Virus record (IMG/VR): IMGVR_UViG_3300009162_000001
Direction: 5' to 3' (one strand)
DNA: 64,000 nucleotides
DNA from: a virus
Made by a program: the position numbers and the translations under genes. Each line of letters opens with the position of its first letter. Position 1 is the stretch's first letter. Positions 30,302-39,349 of this stretch are shown here, piece after piece. The notes beneath the pieces are model-generated. The model saw only the letters and a list, made by a program, of their open reading frames with translations, did no database searches and was not told the DNA's origin.

Positions 30302-31234
30302 TTACTTGTTCTGGTTCAGCAGCACGTTGCCGTTGGACCCGATGATGATCGTGCAGTTCGGGTTGGCGGAGCATGCCTTGATCGCCTCGAGCTGCCGGTT
30401 CGCCAGCTCCAGCTCCAGCCACGCCGGGTTGTTGTAGAGCGCCTCCTGAGCCTTGGCGGCCTTGAGCTTGCCCTCTGCCTCAGCCACCTGTGCGGCGGCG
30501 TTCTCCAGTGCCTTGACCTTGGCGTTACGTGCCTCCTGGATCCCCGGGTCCGTGTAGTCCACGTCCTTGAGGATCACCTCGACCGGTGTGCAGTTGCCGG
30601 ACTTCCGATCGAAGGTCGGACCGCAGAAGAAGTCCCCACCCAGGAGCCGCTTGAGTTCCGGCTGGAACGCATCCGCGATCTTCTGCTGCACCTCGGCGTT
30701 ACTGACGCCCGACACCAGGATGTCGGCCGAGTACTCACGCACCACGTTGCGCGTGGAGGTGATCAGCGCGGTCACGATGGTGTTGTTCAGCATCGTGTTC
30801 CAGCCAGCCTCGGTGTTGGCCTGGTAACGACGTCCCTGGGTCTCCCACCACTTGACCAGTGGCGAGTCCTTGCCGCCGACACACGAGGTGTTGAGCTTGA
30901 AGTTCGTCTGGGTCCAGACGTTGACCTGAACACCCGACGGCTGGTTCACCTCAGGCTTGGCCGCCACGGTGATCGGGACGTTCGAGTCCCCACCCGTCGC
31001 GGCGATATTCCAGGTACGAAGGTTGTTCGGCAGCCACACGACGGAGTTGTTCCACTCCGGCTTGTCACTGACGCCAGGCTCGATGCAGTGCCCGAACTTG
31101 TACCCGTCTGACTGGCCCTCCATGTAGTAGAGGCCCACCTCGTCAGGCGGTGCGATGACCGAGCAGGCACCAACGCCGAACAGCACGCCGGCTCCGAGTA
31201 GCGCGATCACCGATCGCTTGAGTCGCTGATTCAC
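30302..31234 (-). CDS. lipoprotein, SPFH/band-7-like (putative)
   Basis: Lipobox LFGVGAC. Central region and the C-terminal Ala/Glu-rich coiled coil resemble SPFH-domain proteins. Confidence 0.5.
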   Translation of the reverse strand: MNQRLKRSVIALLGAGVLFGVGACSVIAPPDEVGLYYMEGQSDGYKFGHCIEPGVSDKPEWNNSVVWLPNNLRTWNIAATGGDSNVPITVAAKPEVNQPSGVQVNVWTQTNFKLNTSCVGGKDSPLVKWWETQGRRYQANTEAGWNTMLNNTIVTALITSTRNVVREYSADILVSGVSNAEVQQKIADAFQPELKRLLGGDFFCGPTFDRKSGNCTPVEVILKDVDYTDPGIQEARNAKVKALENAAAQVAEAEGKLKAAKAQEALYNNPAWLELELANRQLEAIKACSANPNCTIIIGSNGNVLLNQNK

Positions 31235-31533
31235 TTCTGTCCTTCCGGCCGGCTCTTCAGCCAGCGCTCGACGGCCCGACGGTGCTTGTCACTCAGGAGC
31301 GTCACATCATCTCCCAACACCGCAGATGGATGCATCATGGTGGCGAAGATGTTCTCCGCCTCACCAAGAAGATCCTTAAGTTTCTTCTCCTGGGCGGCAT
31401 TCAGGTCACCCTTCGTCGCCCAGCCGTGTCGGAGTGCATCATCCTTAGCCTGGCGACGGCGGAAGTAGACCACCACAAGTGCGATGATCAGCACCACTAC
31501 CACGAAGGCTATCGCGCCGATGACACGTCCCAA
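31231..31533 (-). CDS. membrane protein (N-terminal TM)
   Basis: 100-aa ORF with TTG start. Confidence 0.5.
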   Translation of the reverse strand: MGRVIGAIAFVVVVLIIALVVVYFRRRQAKDDALRHGWATKGDLNAAQEKKLKDLLGEAENIFATMMHPSAVLGDDVTLLSDKHRRAVERWLKSRPEGQK

Positions 31534-31595
31534 CGTGTCCTCCCCTCATCTCTCGAAATCACTTTAATCACTATATCATGGTTGTGCAAATTTGA

Positions 31596-31697
31596 TCACC
31601 AAAAGCGGAACGCCTTTGAGATCCAAAGGTAGAAGATGACGACTCCGACGACAGCCACACACGCACCACCGCATAGGAAGCTGAGGATGACGTCCAT
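31596..31697 (-). CDS. 33-aa single-TM micro-protein
   Basis: Not in the track (<60 aa). MDVILSFLCGGACVAVVGVVIFYLWISKAFRFW. TGATG-coupled to the upstream stop. Confidence 0.4.
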   Translation of the reverse strand: MDVILSFLCGGACVAVVGVVIFYLWISKAFRFW

Positions 31698-32026
31698 CAC
31701 TGACTCTTGACGTGTGTTAGTACACGCGTGAGCAGGAGGAAGAGATCATTGTCGCGGTTGAGGTTGAACAGCCAAGCCTGTGCCTGCTCGGCGGTGACCT
31801 CCGGCGGCAGGCTGAGGACTCCCGTGGCGCGCAATCGCGCGTTGACCGCCTGCATCTCGGCGATCGGGATCGTGTCCAGCAGCGTCATCACGGCCGAGAG
31901 ACGACGCGCCATCTCGGCGTAGAACTGCTGTGCCTGACCGATCGGCCAGTTGGCCGTCAGCGACGTCTCGGAGTTAACCTCCATGAACGGGCCGTTGCCC
32001 GGTAGACCACCGTTCGGACCGGTCAT
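31697..32026 (-). CDS. hypothetical protein
   Basis: ATGA-coupled start at 32026. Confidence 0.5.
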   Translation of the reverse strand: MTGPNGGLPGNGPFMEVNSETSLTANWPIGQAQQFYAEMARRLSAVMTLLDTIPIAEMQAVNARLRATGVLSLPPEVTAEQAQAWLFNLNRDNDLFLLLTRVLTHVKSQ

Positions 32027-32199
32027 ACCAGACACCACGTTCCGGCCTTCTGCGACCGCATCCGGCAGGCGACCGGATCGACACAGCGAACGACCTGCTG
32101 GCTCTCAACGTGCGCGATCTCCATCTTGGCGTGATCGGAGTCGGTGTCACACGCGTCGCAGTTGGCCTTGGCGCTTTCCGGTGGCTTCTTGGTCGCCAT
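32023..32199 (-). CDS. small Cys-containing protein
   Basis: MATKKPPESAKANCDACD... Confidence 0.45.
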   Translation of the reverse strand: MATKKPPESAKANCDACDTDSDHAKMEIAHVESQQVVRCVDPVACRMRSQKAGTWCLV

Positions 32200-32252
32200 C
32201 TTAGGCTCTCGTAGGATTCCCATAGATTGAAATCCTACCACACAACCTAGGC

Positions 32253-33083
32253 TCAAGACTTAGGCGTAAAGACGACCGGTCCGGTAAGTGTGCCCTCGAC
32301 GGGCTGCGGTAGTGGCCCCGCGGCGATCATAGCCTTGATCTCGGCGAGCGTGGCCGTGTTGGCGTTCTGCGCGGCCTCGACGCGGTCGAGCAGGTCATTA
32401 GCCTCGCGGAACCACGTCTCCCACATGATGAAGGAGTTGGTGCCGCCGGCCGGACCGGGCGTGCCGTCGATCTCGGCGAAGTCAGAACGATGACGGAAGT
32501 TAGGAATCCCATCATCGGTCTTCATCATGTCCTTAAAGCCCTCTTTTGTGTAACCCTCAACCTGACCCACGTCATTCTCCCAATCTTCCTTCGACTCCCC
32601 GGACCAGACCGATAGGTGTGCCTTGCCGGCCATCGGATCCTGGCAGTACATCCGTGGATATTCGTCATGCACATGCGACTTATGATCGTTGGTCGCCGTC
32701 GACTTGGTGTTGGCATACAGATCCAGCCGGACCGCGTTGGCGGACTTTCCATCCCAGCAGTTAACGGCGTTGAAGTACTTACGACGCGGATCTGAGTGGT
32801 CGTTGTACACCTTGATGATGCGGTTGTAGTGAGTCACCATGTCGGTCTTGTTCATCGACATGTCGACCGCCGAGGCCTCATCATCATTCGCGGACGGCAT
32901 CTTCGGCGGCTTGTCTGGTGGTCGCACGATGGAGTAGTTGCCCGATGGGTTGTCCTCAAAGGAGATGTGATAGCCGTCGGGATGGTTGAGGTCACCTACG
33001 ATGCCCGCGAACACCGTGCTAGAGAACATGTCCTCCCACCGGTGCGCGGTGTCCACCAGCATCTGCGGCGCCTTGGTGGTCAT
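32253..33083 (-). CDS. hypothetical protein with His-rich motifs (possible metallo-hydrolase)
   Basis: GIVGDLNHPDGYHIS and DHKSHVHDEY. Function not assigned. Confidence 0.5.
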   Translation of the reverse strand: MTTKAPQMLVDTAHRWEDMFSSTVFAGIVGDLNHPDGYHISFEDNPSGNYSIVRPPDKPPKMPSANDDEASAVDMSMNKTDMVTHYNRIIKVYNDHSDPRRKYFNAVNCWDGKSANAVRLDLYANTKSTATNDHKSHVHDEYPRMYCQDPMAGKAHLSVWSGESKEDWENDVGQVEGYTKEGFKDMMKTDDGIPNFRHRSDFAEIDGTPGPAGGTNSFIMWETWFREANDLLDRVEAAQNANTATLAEIKAMIAAGPLPQPVEGTLTGPVVFTPKS

Positions 33084-33403
33084 GTTCCCACCTTCTCCGT
33101 CGTACCATCCCAAACGAACTCACCGTCAGGTCCGACCGGTCGATGTAGACCGCAACCCGCGCAGTACGTGGCGCCGTAAAACGCCGGATCACGTGCGTAC
33201 GTCTCGGCTAGCGCGATACCCATCGTCGTCCGGATGCCACAGGTCGTGTGTACGTATGATCGCCGTACCGGTCGAACAAACCCGCGCGCTCGCTCGTCCT
33301 CAGAGAGCACCAGGTAGACCTCGGCCTGCGGCTGCGGTGGTCCATCGATCGGATCAGCGCCGTGTGTAAGACGTGGATCGCGCGGGTCATCAGTCAGTGT
33401 CAT
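33080..33403 (-). CDS. hypothetical protein
   Basis: 107-aa ORF, ATGA-coupled downstream. Confidence 0.55.
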   Translation of the reverse strand: MTLTDDPRDPRLTHGADPIDGPPQPQAEVYLVLSEDERARGFVRPVRRSYVHTTCGIRTTMGIALAETYARDPAFYGATYCAGCGLHRPVGPDGEFVWDGTTEKVGT

Positions 33404-33681
33404 TGTGTCTGCTCACCTGCCCCGTACGCGATGACGTCGTATGTGTTGCTCTCGGCCGCCGCGTGTGATCGTACTGTGTCCCAGATGAAGGGTGAACCGT
33501 CACGCATTACCCAGCGGGGATCATCAACTTGGCTACGATCATAGAGCCAAGCGAGTCCCGTAGGTTTTTCCACCAACAGGAACCCGTCAGGGAACCGCGA
33601 GATCACTCGTTGACCTTCCAGCGGTCCACCCAGGCAAGCGTAGTCGTACGTAGGACGTTCCACCGGATCAGGCGTCGTCAT
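33400..33681 (-). CDS. hypothetical protein
   Basis: ATG at 33681 (MTTPDPVERP...). Confidence 0.5.
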   Translation of the reverse strand: MTTPDPVERPTYDYACLGGPLEGQRVISRFPDGFLLVEKPTGLAWLYDRSQVDDPRWVMRDGSPFIWDTVRSHAAAESNTYDVIAYGAGEQTQ

Positions 33682-33743
33682 AGTGTTACGGTACAACACA
33701 AAGGGCCACCCCCGCATGGGATGGCCCTTGGTGACGTTGAGGA

Positions 33744-33839
33744 TCAGCGGGGGCTGTGGCTGGCGTACAGGAAGCCGAGCATCGCGAGTACGACGACAAG
33801 CAGCACAAACCCTACGATGAATCTTTGAAACCCATCCAT
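33744..33839 (-). CDS. 31-aa single-TM micro-protein
   Basis: Not in the track. Full promoter plus GATAGGAGAGATC-ATG cassette directly upstream. MDGFQRFIVGFVLLVVVLAMLGFLYASHSPR. Confidence 0.55.
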   Translation of the reverse strand: MDGFQRFIVGFVLLVVVLAMLGFLYASHSPR

Positions 33840-33869
33840 GATCTCTCCTATCGCTCGATTGATAGGATC

Positions 33870-33881
33870 ATTATATCACAC
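33870..33881 (-). promoter_or_regulatory. conserved extended -10 promoter (GTGTGATATAAT)
   Basis: Plus strand reads attatatcacac. Confidence 0.65.
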
Positions 33882-33885
33882 AAAA

Positions 33886-33973
33886 CGCCGCCCCTGCGGT
33901 GGGACATCAACGAAGGTGAGACGACCTGGGGAGGAACGGATCAACACCGGCGAAGAGGTACGCAGGGGCGGCG
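33886..33973 (-). ncRNA. structured RNA element with 13-bp closing helix
   Basis: CGCCGCCCCTGCG ... CGCAGGGGCGGCG enclosing 62 nt. Preceded on the minus strand by the GACAACTACATA box (33978-33989). Confidence 0.4.
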
Positions 33974-34013
33974 AGTCTATGTAGTTGTCTCCGTATGAGC
34001 CGACTCTAGCAGG

Positions 34014-34202
34014 CTAGAGTAGGCCCTCAGCACGTCGCAACTTGGCGATGTTGAGGTCTGACATGCGTTCACGCGGGTACATGAGTAAGTCGTGAAGCAT
34101 GACGACGTAGCCGGCGTAGCGAACGCGCTCGACCGGATCCTCACGGGCCTCATAAGCCCGCGCCTCGAGGTCCGCGATCACCTGCGCGAAGCTAGGACCC
34201 AT
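34014..34202 (-). CDS. hypothetical protein
   Basis: 62-aa ORF. Confidence 0.5.
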   Translation of the reverse strand: MGPSFAQVIADLEARAYEAREDPVERVRYAGYVVMLHDLLMYPRERMSDLNIAKLRRAEGLL

Positions 34203-34662
34203 TCTTCGGACCCGGCATCTTCGCTTGCACCTTGGGAACGCTCGCCTTCTCCAGTGCAGCTTTGTCCAGCTTCAGCTGCTTGAGTTCGGCATCCTGGGTT
34301 CCCATGAGCCCGTTGGCCTCGTCGAGCAACGCCTGTAGGTGGGCGACCTCATCCTCGGTGAGGAGTAGCTGGTTGAGCAGGCGGATCGCGTTGTCGACGG
34401 CGCCGCCCTCCTTGATGCGATCGGGTGCCCGGTCTTGGAACCACGCGGCCAGGTAGTCGATCTGCTTGCCCGCCTCATAGGCCTTGTCCAGCGCCTCCTC
34501 ACGGTCCTGGTCGGCACGCGTGACGTTGCGCTGCATCGTGGCGAGGCGCTCCTCGAGACGCGCGACCTTAGCCTTGAGGTTTTCGAGCGTGATCAGATCA
34601 CCTCTGAGCAGCTCGACCTCCTCCTGAAGTCGGTTGATCTCTGCTTGCTTGCGGCCCAACAT
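34192..34662 (-). CDS. coiled-coil protein
   Basis: 156 aa rich in heptad-like Leu/Glu/Lys. Confidence 0.55.
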   Translation of the reverse strand: MLGRKQAEINRLQEEVELLRGDLITLENLKAKVARLEERLATMQRNVTRADQDREEALDKAYEAGKQIDYLAAWFQDRAPDRIKEGGAVDNAIRLLNQLLLTEDEVAHLQALLDEANGLMGTQDAELKQLKLDKAALEKASVPKVQAKMPGPKNGS

Positions 34663-34784
34663 GGGTCAGCTCCTTAAAGGGTGTGTTGGTCGTCTTAACG
34701 TCACTTAGCGGATACCACAACCACGAGCAGCCGCGTTGTGTGCAGATCATAGCAGGCTGCCCGCTGACGACGGTGGATATCCAC

Positions 34785-35240
34785 CTATGCCTGTGTCTCA
34801 CTCTCGCGCTCTCGTACCTTCTCGATGTGACCAATGATCGCCGCCTCGAGGTCCTGCAGCGTTGTGGTGCCACCGTCGACCTCAACCACGTCGTCATTGA
34901 CCGTCTCGAGACGCATGATCTCGGAGTTCTCAGCATCGAGAGGACAATCTTCGTCACCACAGTAGATGATGATCGGTTCATCAGATCCGTACTGTGATAT
35001 GAAAAGTGGCCACGTCCGCGCGGTCATCACCAGCCGCTGCTCCTCGGGCGCCAGCTCACTAATGACGTCCTTGACCAGCTGTGAAAAGTCGACGTCCATC
35101 GCCTGTGCCATTCGCTTGATGACGCGCAACATGCCGGCGGCGACTGACAGATGGGTGTTGGCGAACGTCTCGTTCACGTTCTCATGAACCGTAACGTCCG
35201 CGTTCGACGTCTGGACCGTCATACTGATGTGCATGATCAC
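34785..35240 (-). CDS. hypothetical protein
   Basis: 151-aa ORF, 4-nt overlap with thyX. Confidence 0.55.
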   Translation of the reverse strand: MIMHISMTVQTSNADVTVHENVNETFANTHLSVAAGMLRVIKRMAQAMDVDFSQLVKDVISELAPEEQRLVMTARTWPLFISQYGSDEPIIIYCGDEDCPLDAENSEIMRLETVNDDVVEVDGGTTTLQDLEAAIIGHIEKVRERESETQA

Positions 35241-35944
35241 TCCATGTCTTGGAACGTGTTCGGTGCCAGCTCCTTAAGCTGACGCAAGATCTCAGCGGCG
35301 AGTGCGCGGATCTCCCCGTCGGCGAACTGGGTGTTCCGCTTCGCGATGACGTCGCGCCAGGCACGCATGTTGCCCGTCACCAGGATCTTGGTCTCCGTCA
35401 TGTTAGGCAACACGGCGCGTGCCGTCTGGCGCGCCACCTTACGCGCCATGCCCATCGACTCCAGCGCCCGGACGATCGTGGCGTAATGGCTCTGCGCCTC
35501 CGTCATGAGCTGAACCAGGTTTTCCTGCAGCTCCGTCCGCGACTGACCGCCGTGAAGCGCCGGCGGCACGATCAGCTTGGCCTTGGACTCGTCGACGTAC
35601 CGCTGTGAGACTTGCGAGAACGACAGGTGACGGTGCCTGACCAACTCGTGCGTCAGGCTCCGCGAGATCCCGTCGAGGTAGAACGTCGCCGAGGCGTGTT
35701 CCAACACCGAGAAGTGCTGCTGGTTGATGATGTTGTCCAGGTAACGAGCGTTCGTCGCGGTAGCTGGATTGGGTCGCTCCCATGACTGGTAGCACAGGCG
35801 GCCACCAAACTCAGCCAGATGATCGGCGTCGGGACCGTCGTCACCCAGGTCCTCATACGTCTGTTCCGGGTAGTCCACCCAGCCGGCGTCGCGCATGTTT
35901 CCCCAGCCCGTGATGACGGTGTGGGCGATGAGCAGCACTCTCAC
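35237..35944 (-). CDS. thyX: FAD-dependent thymidylate synthase ThyX
   Basis: ThyX signature RHRHLSFSQVSQRY. Confidence 0.88.
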   Translation of the reverse strand: MRVLLIAHTVITGWGNMRDAGWVDYPEQTYEDLGDDGPDADHLAEFGGRLCYQSWERPNPATATNARYLDNIINQQHFSVLEHASATFYLDGISRSLTHELVRHRHLSFSQVSQRYVDESKAKLIVPPALHGGQSRTELQENLVQLMTEAQSHYATIVRALESMGMARKVARQTARAVLPNMTETKILVTGNMRAWRDVIAKRNTQFADGEIRALAAEILRQLKELAPNTFQDME

Positions 35945-35950
35945 TTTTAC

Positions 35951-36037
35951 CTACCTCTTAATATCATAGATGATGGCCATGATGACCGCCACGCCACCCA
36001 GCACCGCCAGCACGATGAACAGTGGGTTATTGAACAT
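35951..36037 (-). CDS. 28-aa single-TM micro-protein
   Basis: Not in the track. MFNNPLFIVLAVLGGVAVIMAIIYDIKR. Confidence 0.4.
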   Translation of the reverse strand: MFNNPLFIVLAVLGGVAVIMAIIYDIKR

Positions 36038-36227
36038 CTTTTCTCCCGGCCTTGAGACGAAGTGGACCACGGTACAGGTAAATCGTCTTACCACGTGCTC
36101 GTCCGATCCAGATCGCAAACTGCCAGTGAGAGTACGTCACACCTTCATCTAGTGAGGTGTTAGCCCAGCCCCAGTTAAGCACCCAGTGATAAGGTTCACG
36201 TGGATGACCGATCTTCAGCAACTTCAC
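36027..36227 (-). CDS. hypothetical protein
   Basis: GTGA-coupled to the upstream stop. Confidence 0.45.
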   Translation of the reverse strand: MKLLKIGHPREPYHWVLNWGWANTSLDEGVTYSHWQFAIWIGRARGKTIYLYRGPLRLKAGRKDVQ

Positions 36228-36679
36228 CGCTGGTACGTCTCCTCCGAGCCGTCAGGCCAGACCAGCTTGGGGTAGCAGGCCACGACCTCGTGGCCATTGT
36301 GGATCTGCAGCTTCCAGACGTCGAGGTTGTCCTCACCCTCCATGCGAAGCTCACCGGTGAACTCGTGATCTGGGAAGGTGTTGACCAGCGTCCGGAGGTC
36401 CTCCTCAATGTAGTAACCCTTGTACTCGTCGTCCCAGGCCGTCACAAGTGCGACGCCGGTGATCGTCTTCGTGAGGCTAAGTTCGTCATTGGCCTGCTCG
36501 GCGACGTTGACCCGGACCGCGACGTCCATCTCGGTCTCACGGCCGTAGCGCTGGACGGTTGCGATCCAGCGGTCGGGTGAGTACTGACCGTTGGGGTAGA
36601 TGCCTACGGCCTCCATCTCTTGGCGAGTCAGCGGAGGTGAGATCACGATCTCACCCTCGACGCGTGTGTAGTAACCCAT
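36224..36679 (-). CDS. hypothetical protein
   Basis: 151-aa ORF. Confidence 0.55.
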   Translation of the reverse strand: MGYYTRVEGEIVISPPLTRQEMEAVGIYPNGQYSPDRWIATVQRYGRETEMDVAVRVNVAEQANDELSLTKTITGVALVTAWDDEYKGYYIEEDLRTLVNTFPDHEFTGELRMEGEDNLDVWKLQIHNGHEVVACYPKLVWPDGSEETYQR

Positions 36680-36680
36680 G

Positions 36681-36779
36681 TCAGTATCCTCTCACGAGCA
36701 TGACGAGTCCGATGATGACGAGTGTCAAGCAGAGCACCAGCACCCCGATGACGACGTTATCGCGTCCGCGGTCGTCCAT
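36681..36779 (-). CDS. 32-aa single-TM micro-protein
   Basis: Not in the track. MDDRGRDNVVIGVLVLCLTLVIIGLVMLVRGY. Promoter-like TTGATATGATAG upstream. Confidence 0.45.
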   Translation of the reverse strand: MDDRGRDNVVIGVLVLCLTLVIIGLVMLVRGY

Positions 36780-36821
36780 CTCTCTGATCCCTTCGTATCA
36801 CTTACGTCTATCATATCAAGA

Positions 36822-37223
36822 CTAGCACCACATTGACACCAGCAACCAACCGGCGTCCTTCTCAGGGATCCCGAGCAGGTTGGCCGCCAGCTGCACGTGC
36901 TCATCCCAGACCTCATCACGGCGTCTGTGCTCCAGCTCGACGAGATCAAGATGACGAACGTCACCGCGCCAGGCACGTGACACCTCGATGCCGAGCAGCT
37001 TCATCGAGTAGTCACACGAGCAGTGATTGATGATCTCGACACCGTGCTCGACCCCGTTGGCCTTGAGGTAGTCCGTGATGCCTTCATGGAGATCGTAAAA
37101 ACCCTCCATCCGCTGGATCTTCTCGATGATGTCATCGGGAATCATGTTCTCGAGGCCATCCTCGGCCCAGTCCTCACCTAGGTCAAAGCCGTAGACGAGA
37201 ATGGCATCAGTCGACTGACCCAT
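36822..37223 (-). CDS. hypothetical protein
   Basis: 133-aa ORF. Confidence 0.55.
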   Translation of the reverse strand: MGQSTDAILVYGFDLGEDWAEDGLENMIPDDIIEKIQRMEGFYDLHEGITDYLKANGVEHGVEIINHCSCDYSMKLLGIEVSRAWRGDVRHLDLVELEHRRRDEVWDEHVQLAANLLGIPEKDAGWLLVSMWC

Positions 37224-37506
37224 CAGGCACCTCCTGGGTCATCAGTGGCACGATGTTGAGGAGCGCCTCATTCGGGATCTCCTCGACGTAGAACATGACC
37301 AGCTCGGTCGGCCGGATGTCGATCACCACGCGGCTGACGTTCGGGTACGCCGGAAGAAGTCCCGCGACGTGGAGCGCCTTGAGCATGTCCCTACCGAAGA
37401 CGTATGGCCGTGGCACGTCCTCATGCATGATGTCGGGATCACCACCCATGCCACCACACGTCGCGCACCATCCGTTGATACGATGATGTGGATGCTGGAT
37501 GGTCAC
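37207..37506 (-). CDS. hypothetical protein
   Basis: 99-aa ORF. Confidence 0.5.
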   Translation of the reverse strand: MTIQHPHHRINGWCATCGGMGGDPDIMHEDVPRPYVFGRDMLKALHVAGLLPAYPNVSRVVIDIRPTELVMFYVEEIPNEALLNIVPLMTQEVPDGSVD

Positions 37507-37799
37507 GGTACGATCCCCTCATCCCAGTGGCAGTAGACGTCCTCGTCATCGGGATCGCCCTCATAGGTGCGAACCCAGGCCAGGTACTCCTCCGACTCAC
37601 CCTGCGTCTCGTAGGTGTACGAGCCGTCACGGCTCTCGCGTACGACATCCGGGCAACCCGTCAGGGCGCGAACCATCTGATCGATGATCCACTGCTTGTG
37701 GTGAGCACCGTCGACGTTGGACGCCTGGTCTAGCGCCTTCTTGATGCGATCTTCCAGCGTGGACATGTCCGTCTCGGTAAAGGTGAAGTACGACATCAC
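37503..37799 (-). CDS. hypothetical protein
   Basis: 98-aa ORF. Confidence 0.5.
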   Translation of the reverse strand: MMSYFTFTETDMSTLEDRIKKALDQASNVDGAHHKQWIIDQMVRALTGCPDVVRESRDGSYTYETQGESEEYLAWVRTYEGDPDDEDVYCHWDEGIVP

Positions 37800-38545
37800 G
37801 TTCCCTTCTTACTCGACGAGATCAGCTTGGCGTGGATGATGAGCCGGTGGTAGTTGTCCCACTTGGGATCGCAGGTCGTCAGTGTCAGCAGCTTATCGCC
37901 CGACTTGTAGGCGCCCGGCGGAACCGGAGCGACCTGCTGCCAGGCATCGGGACTGACGATCTGTGGCCCGTCTGTGACCCGGTAAGCGTAGACGTAGTTC
38001 TTGGTCTCAACCTGGATGACGTCACCGACGCGCATCTGATCCAGGTCCCAGAACAGCCCGTGCTCACGATGACCGGCCACCGCGAAGTTGCCCTTCTTGC
38101 CCGGCATCGCGGTTCCGGGGTAGTGACCGGGCGCCGAGGCGATGTCGTCGGCGTTGACGCCCTCGACGACGTACCACGTCAGGCCGAGCCGCTCGATAGA
38201 CATCCGCGCGATCAGGTCGCCCCAGACCACCTCATCCGGTTGCTTGTCGGGCGGCGTAGCACCCTCTGCGCCTCCGGCGATCGCCTCGCCTAGTCCACTA
38301 CCGGGGTCGTTCCAGCGGGCGTCGAGTTCCTGCTGGATGTCCTGGACGCGGTCCTGACCGCCCTCGTACCTTGTGCCCACGTAGATCCACAGTCCCACAC
38401 CGGCGGTAATGCTCAGCACCGCCGCCGTTATGAGCAGGTGGCTGTTGACCCAGCGTCCACCAGATCTCAAACTCGACCCAAGACGTGATAACACGAATCC
38501 TCCCCTGAAGTATGTGATTGATAAACGCGTGAATGGGACCCGCAA
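37796..38545 (-). CDS. sortase (membrane-anchored cysteine transpeptidase)
   Basis: N-terminal TM anchor. Catalytic triad context FAVAGHR, LLTLTTCDP (TLxTC) and RLIIHA. Confidence 0.8.
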   Translation of the reverse strand: MRVPFTRLSITYFRGGFVLSRLGSSLRSGGRWVNSHLLITAAVLSITAGVGLWIYVGTRYEGGQDRVQDIQQELDARWNDPGSGLGEAIAGGAEGATPPDKQPDEVVWGDLIARMSIERLGLTWYVVEGVNADDIASAPGHYPGTAMPGKKGNFAVAGHREHGLFWDLDQMRVGDVIQVETKNYVYAYRVTDGPQIVSPDAWQQVAPVPPGAYKSGDKLLTLTTCDPKWDNYHRLIIHAKLISSSKKGT

Positions 38546-38581
38546 TGTTCACGGGTCCCATTCTAGCGCTTCCTAACGGTT

Positions 38582-39349
38582 CTAGGCCTCGTCGGTCGGT
38601 GCGGCCTGCTCGGCGGCGGTGCGCCGGCGCTTCAGCCACATCGAGCCGAGGATCAGCAGACCGAGCGCGACGGCCGCGATGCCCGAGACCGCGGGCTTCG
38701 TCAGGCTGTCGCCGGTGGTCGGCAGGTCGTTCTGCGGGTTGACCACCGGAGCGGTGGTCGTGGTCGGCGCCGAAGTCGTAGGAACCACACTCGGCGACGG
38801 AGACGCGCTGGGGCTCGGAGATGCCGTCGGGCAAGCCTCGGGCAGCTTCCATGAGTAGAGGTTCTTCAGAAGCGGAACCTCAATGCGCCAGTGAGTGCCG
38901 TCCTTCTCACCCTCGAAGACCAGATAGACCTGCACGTCCTGAACACCCGGAGGACCAAGGGTCACAACGACCGGCTTGTGGTCCGGACCGCCGATCACCG
39001 TGTAGTCCTTGCCGAGGATCTCGAACGTCAGCCGCGTCCACTTGTTGTCCGACACCGCCCAGTTGATCGCTGTGATGACGGTGGTGCCATCGCACTTGTC
39101 CACGACGGTGTAGTCGAGGCACTGAAGAACGTGATCCAGCACATCCCCAGAGATCTTCTCCTCGGCGACACCCTTGGAGACCGTCGACATGGACTCGATC
39201 TGGTCATCCGGGAACTCGCACTGGCGAGTAACCGAAGTGGCGATGCTCGAAGCGGGGGTGGCCGCCTGGGCAGATCCCGCGGCGAACGCCACAGCGCCTA
39301 CCAGAGCGACGGCCGTCGCGCCGAAGAGCGCCAGCAGCTTCCTTCGCAT
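38582..39349 (-). CDS. secreted LPXTG cell-wall-sorting-signal protein (candidate sortase substrate)
   Basis: Sec signal ...AAGSAQA/ATP. C-terminal LPTTG + hydrophobic stretch + KRRR. Pro/Ser/Thr linker. Confidence 0.75.
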   Translation of the reverse strand: MRRKLLALFGATAVALVGAVAFAAGSAQAATPASSIATSVTRQCEFPDDQIESMSTVSKGVAEEKISGDVLDHVLQCLDYTVVDKCDGTTVITAINWAVSDNKWTRLTFEILGKDYTVIGGPDHKPVVVTLGPPGVQDVQVYLVFEGEKDGTHWRIEVPLLKNLYSWKLPEACPTASPSPSASPSPSVVPTTSAPTTTTAPVVNPQNDLPTTGDSLTKPAVSGIAAVALGLLILGSMWLKRRRTAAEQAAPTDEA

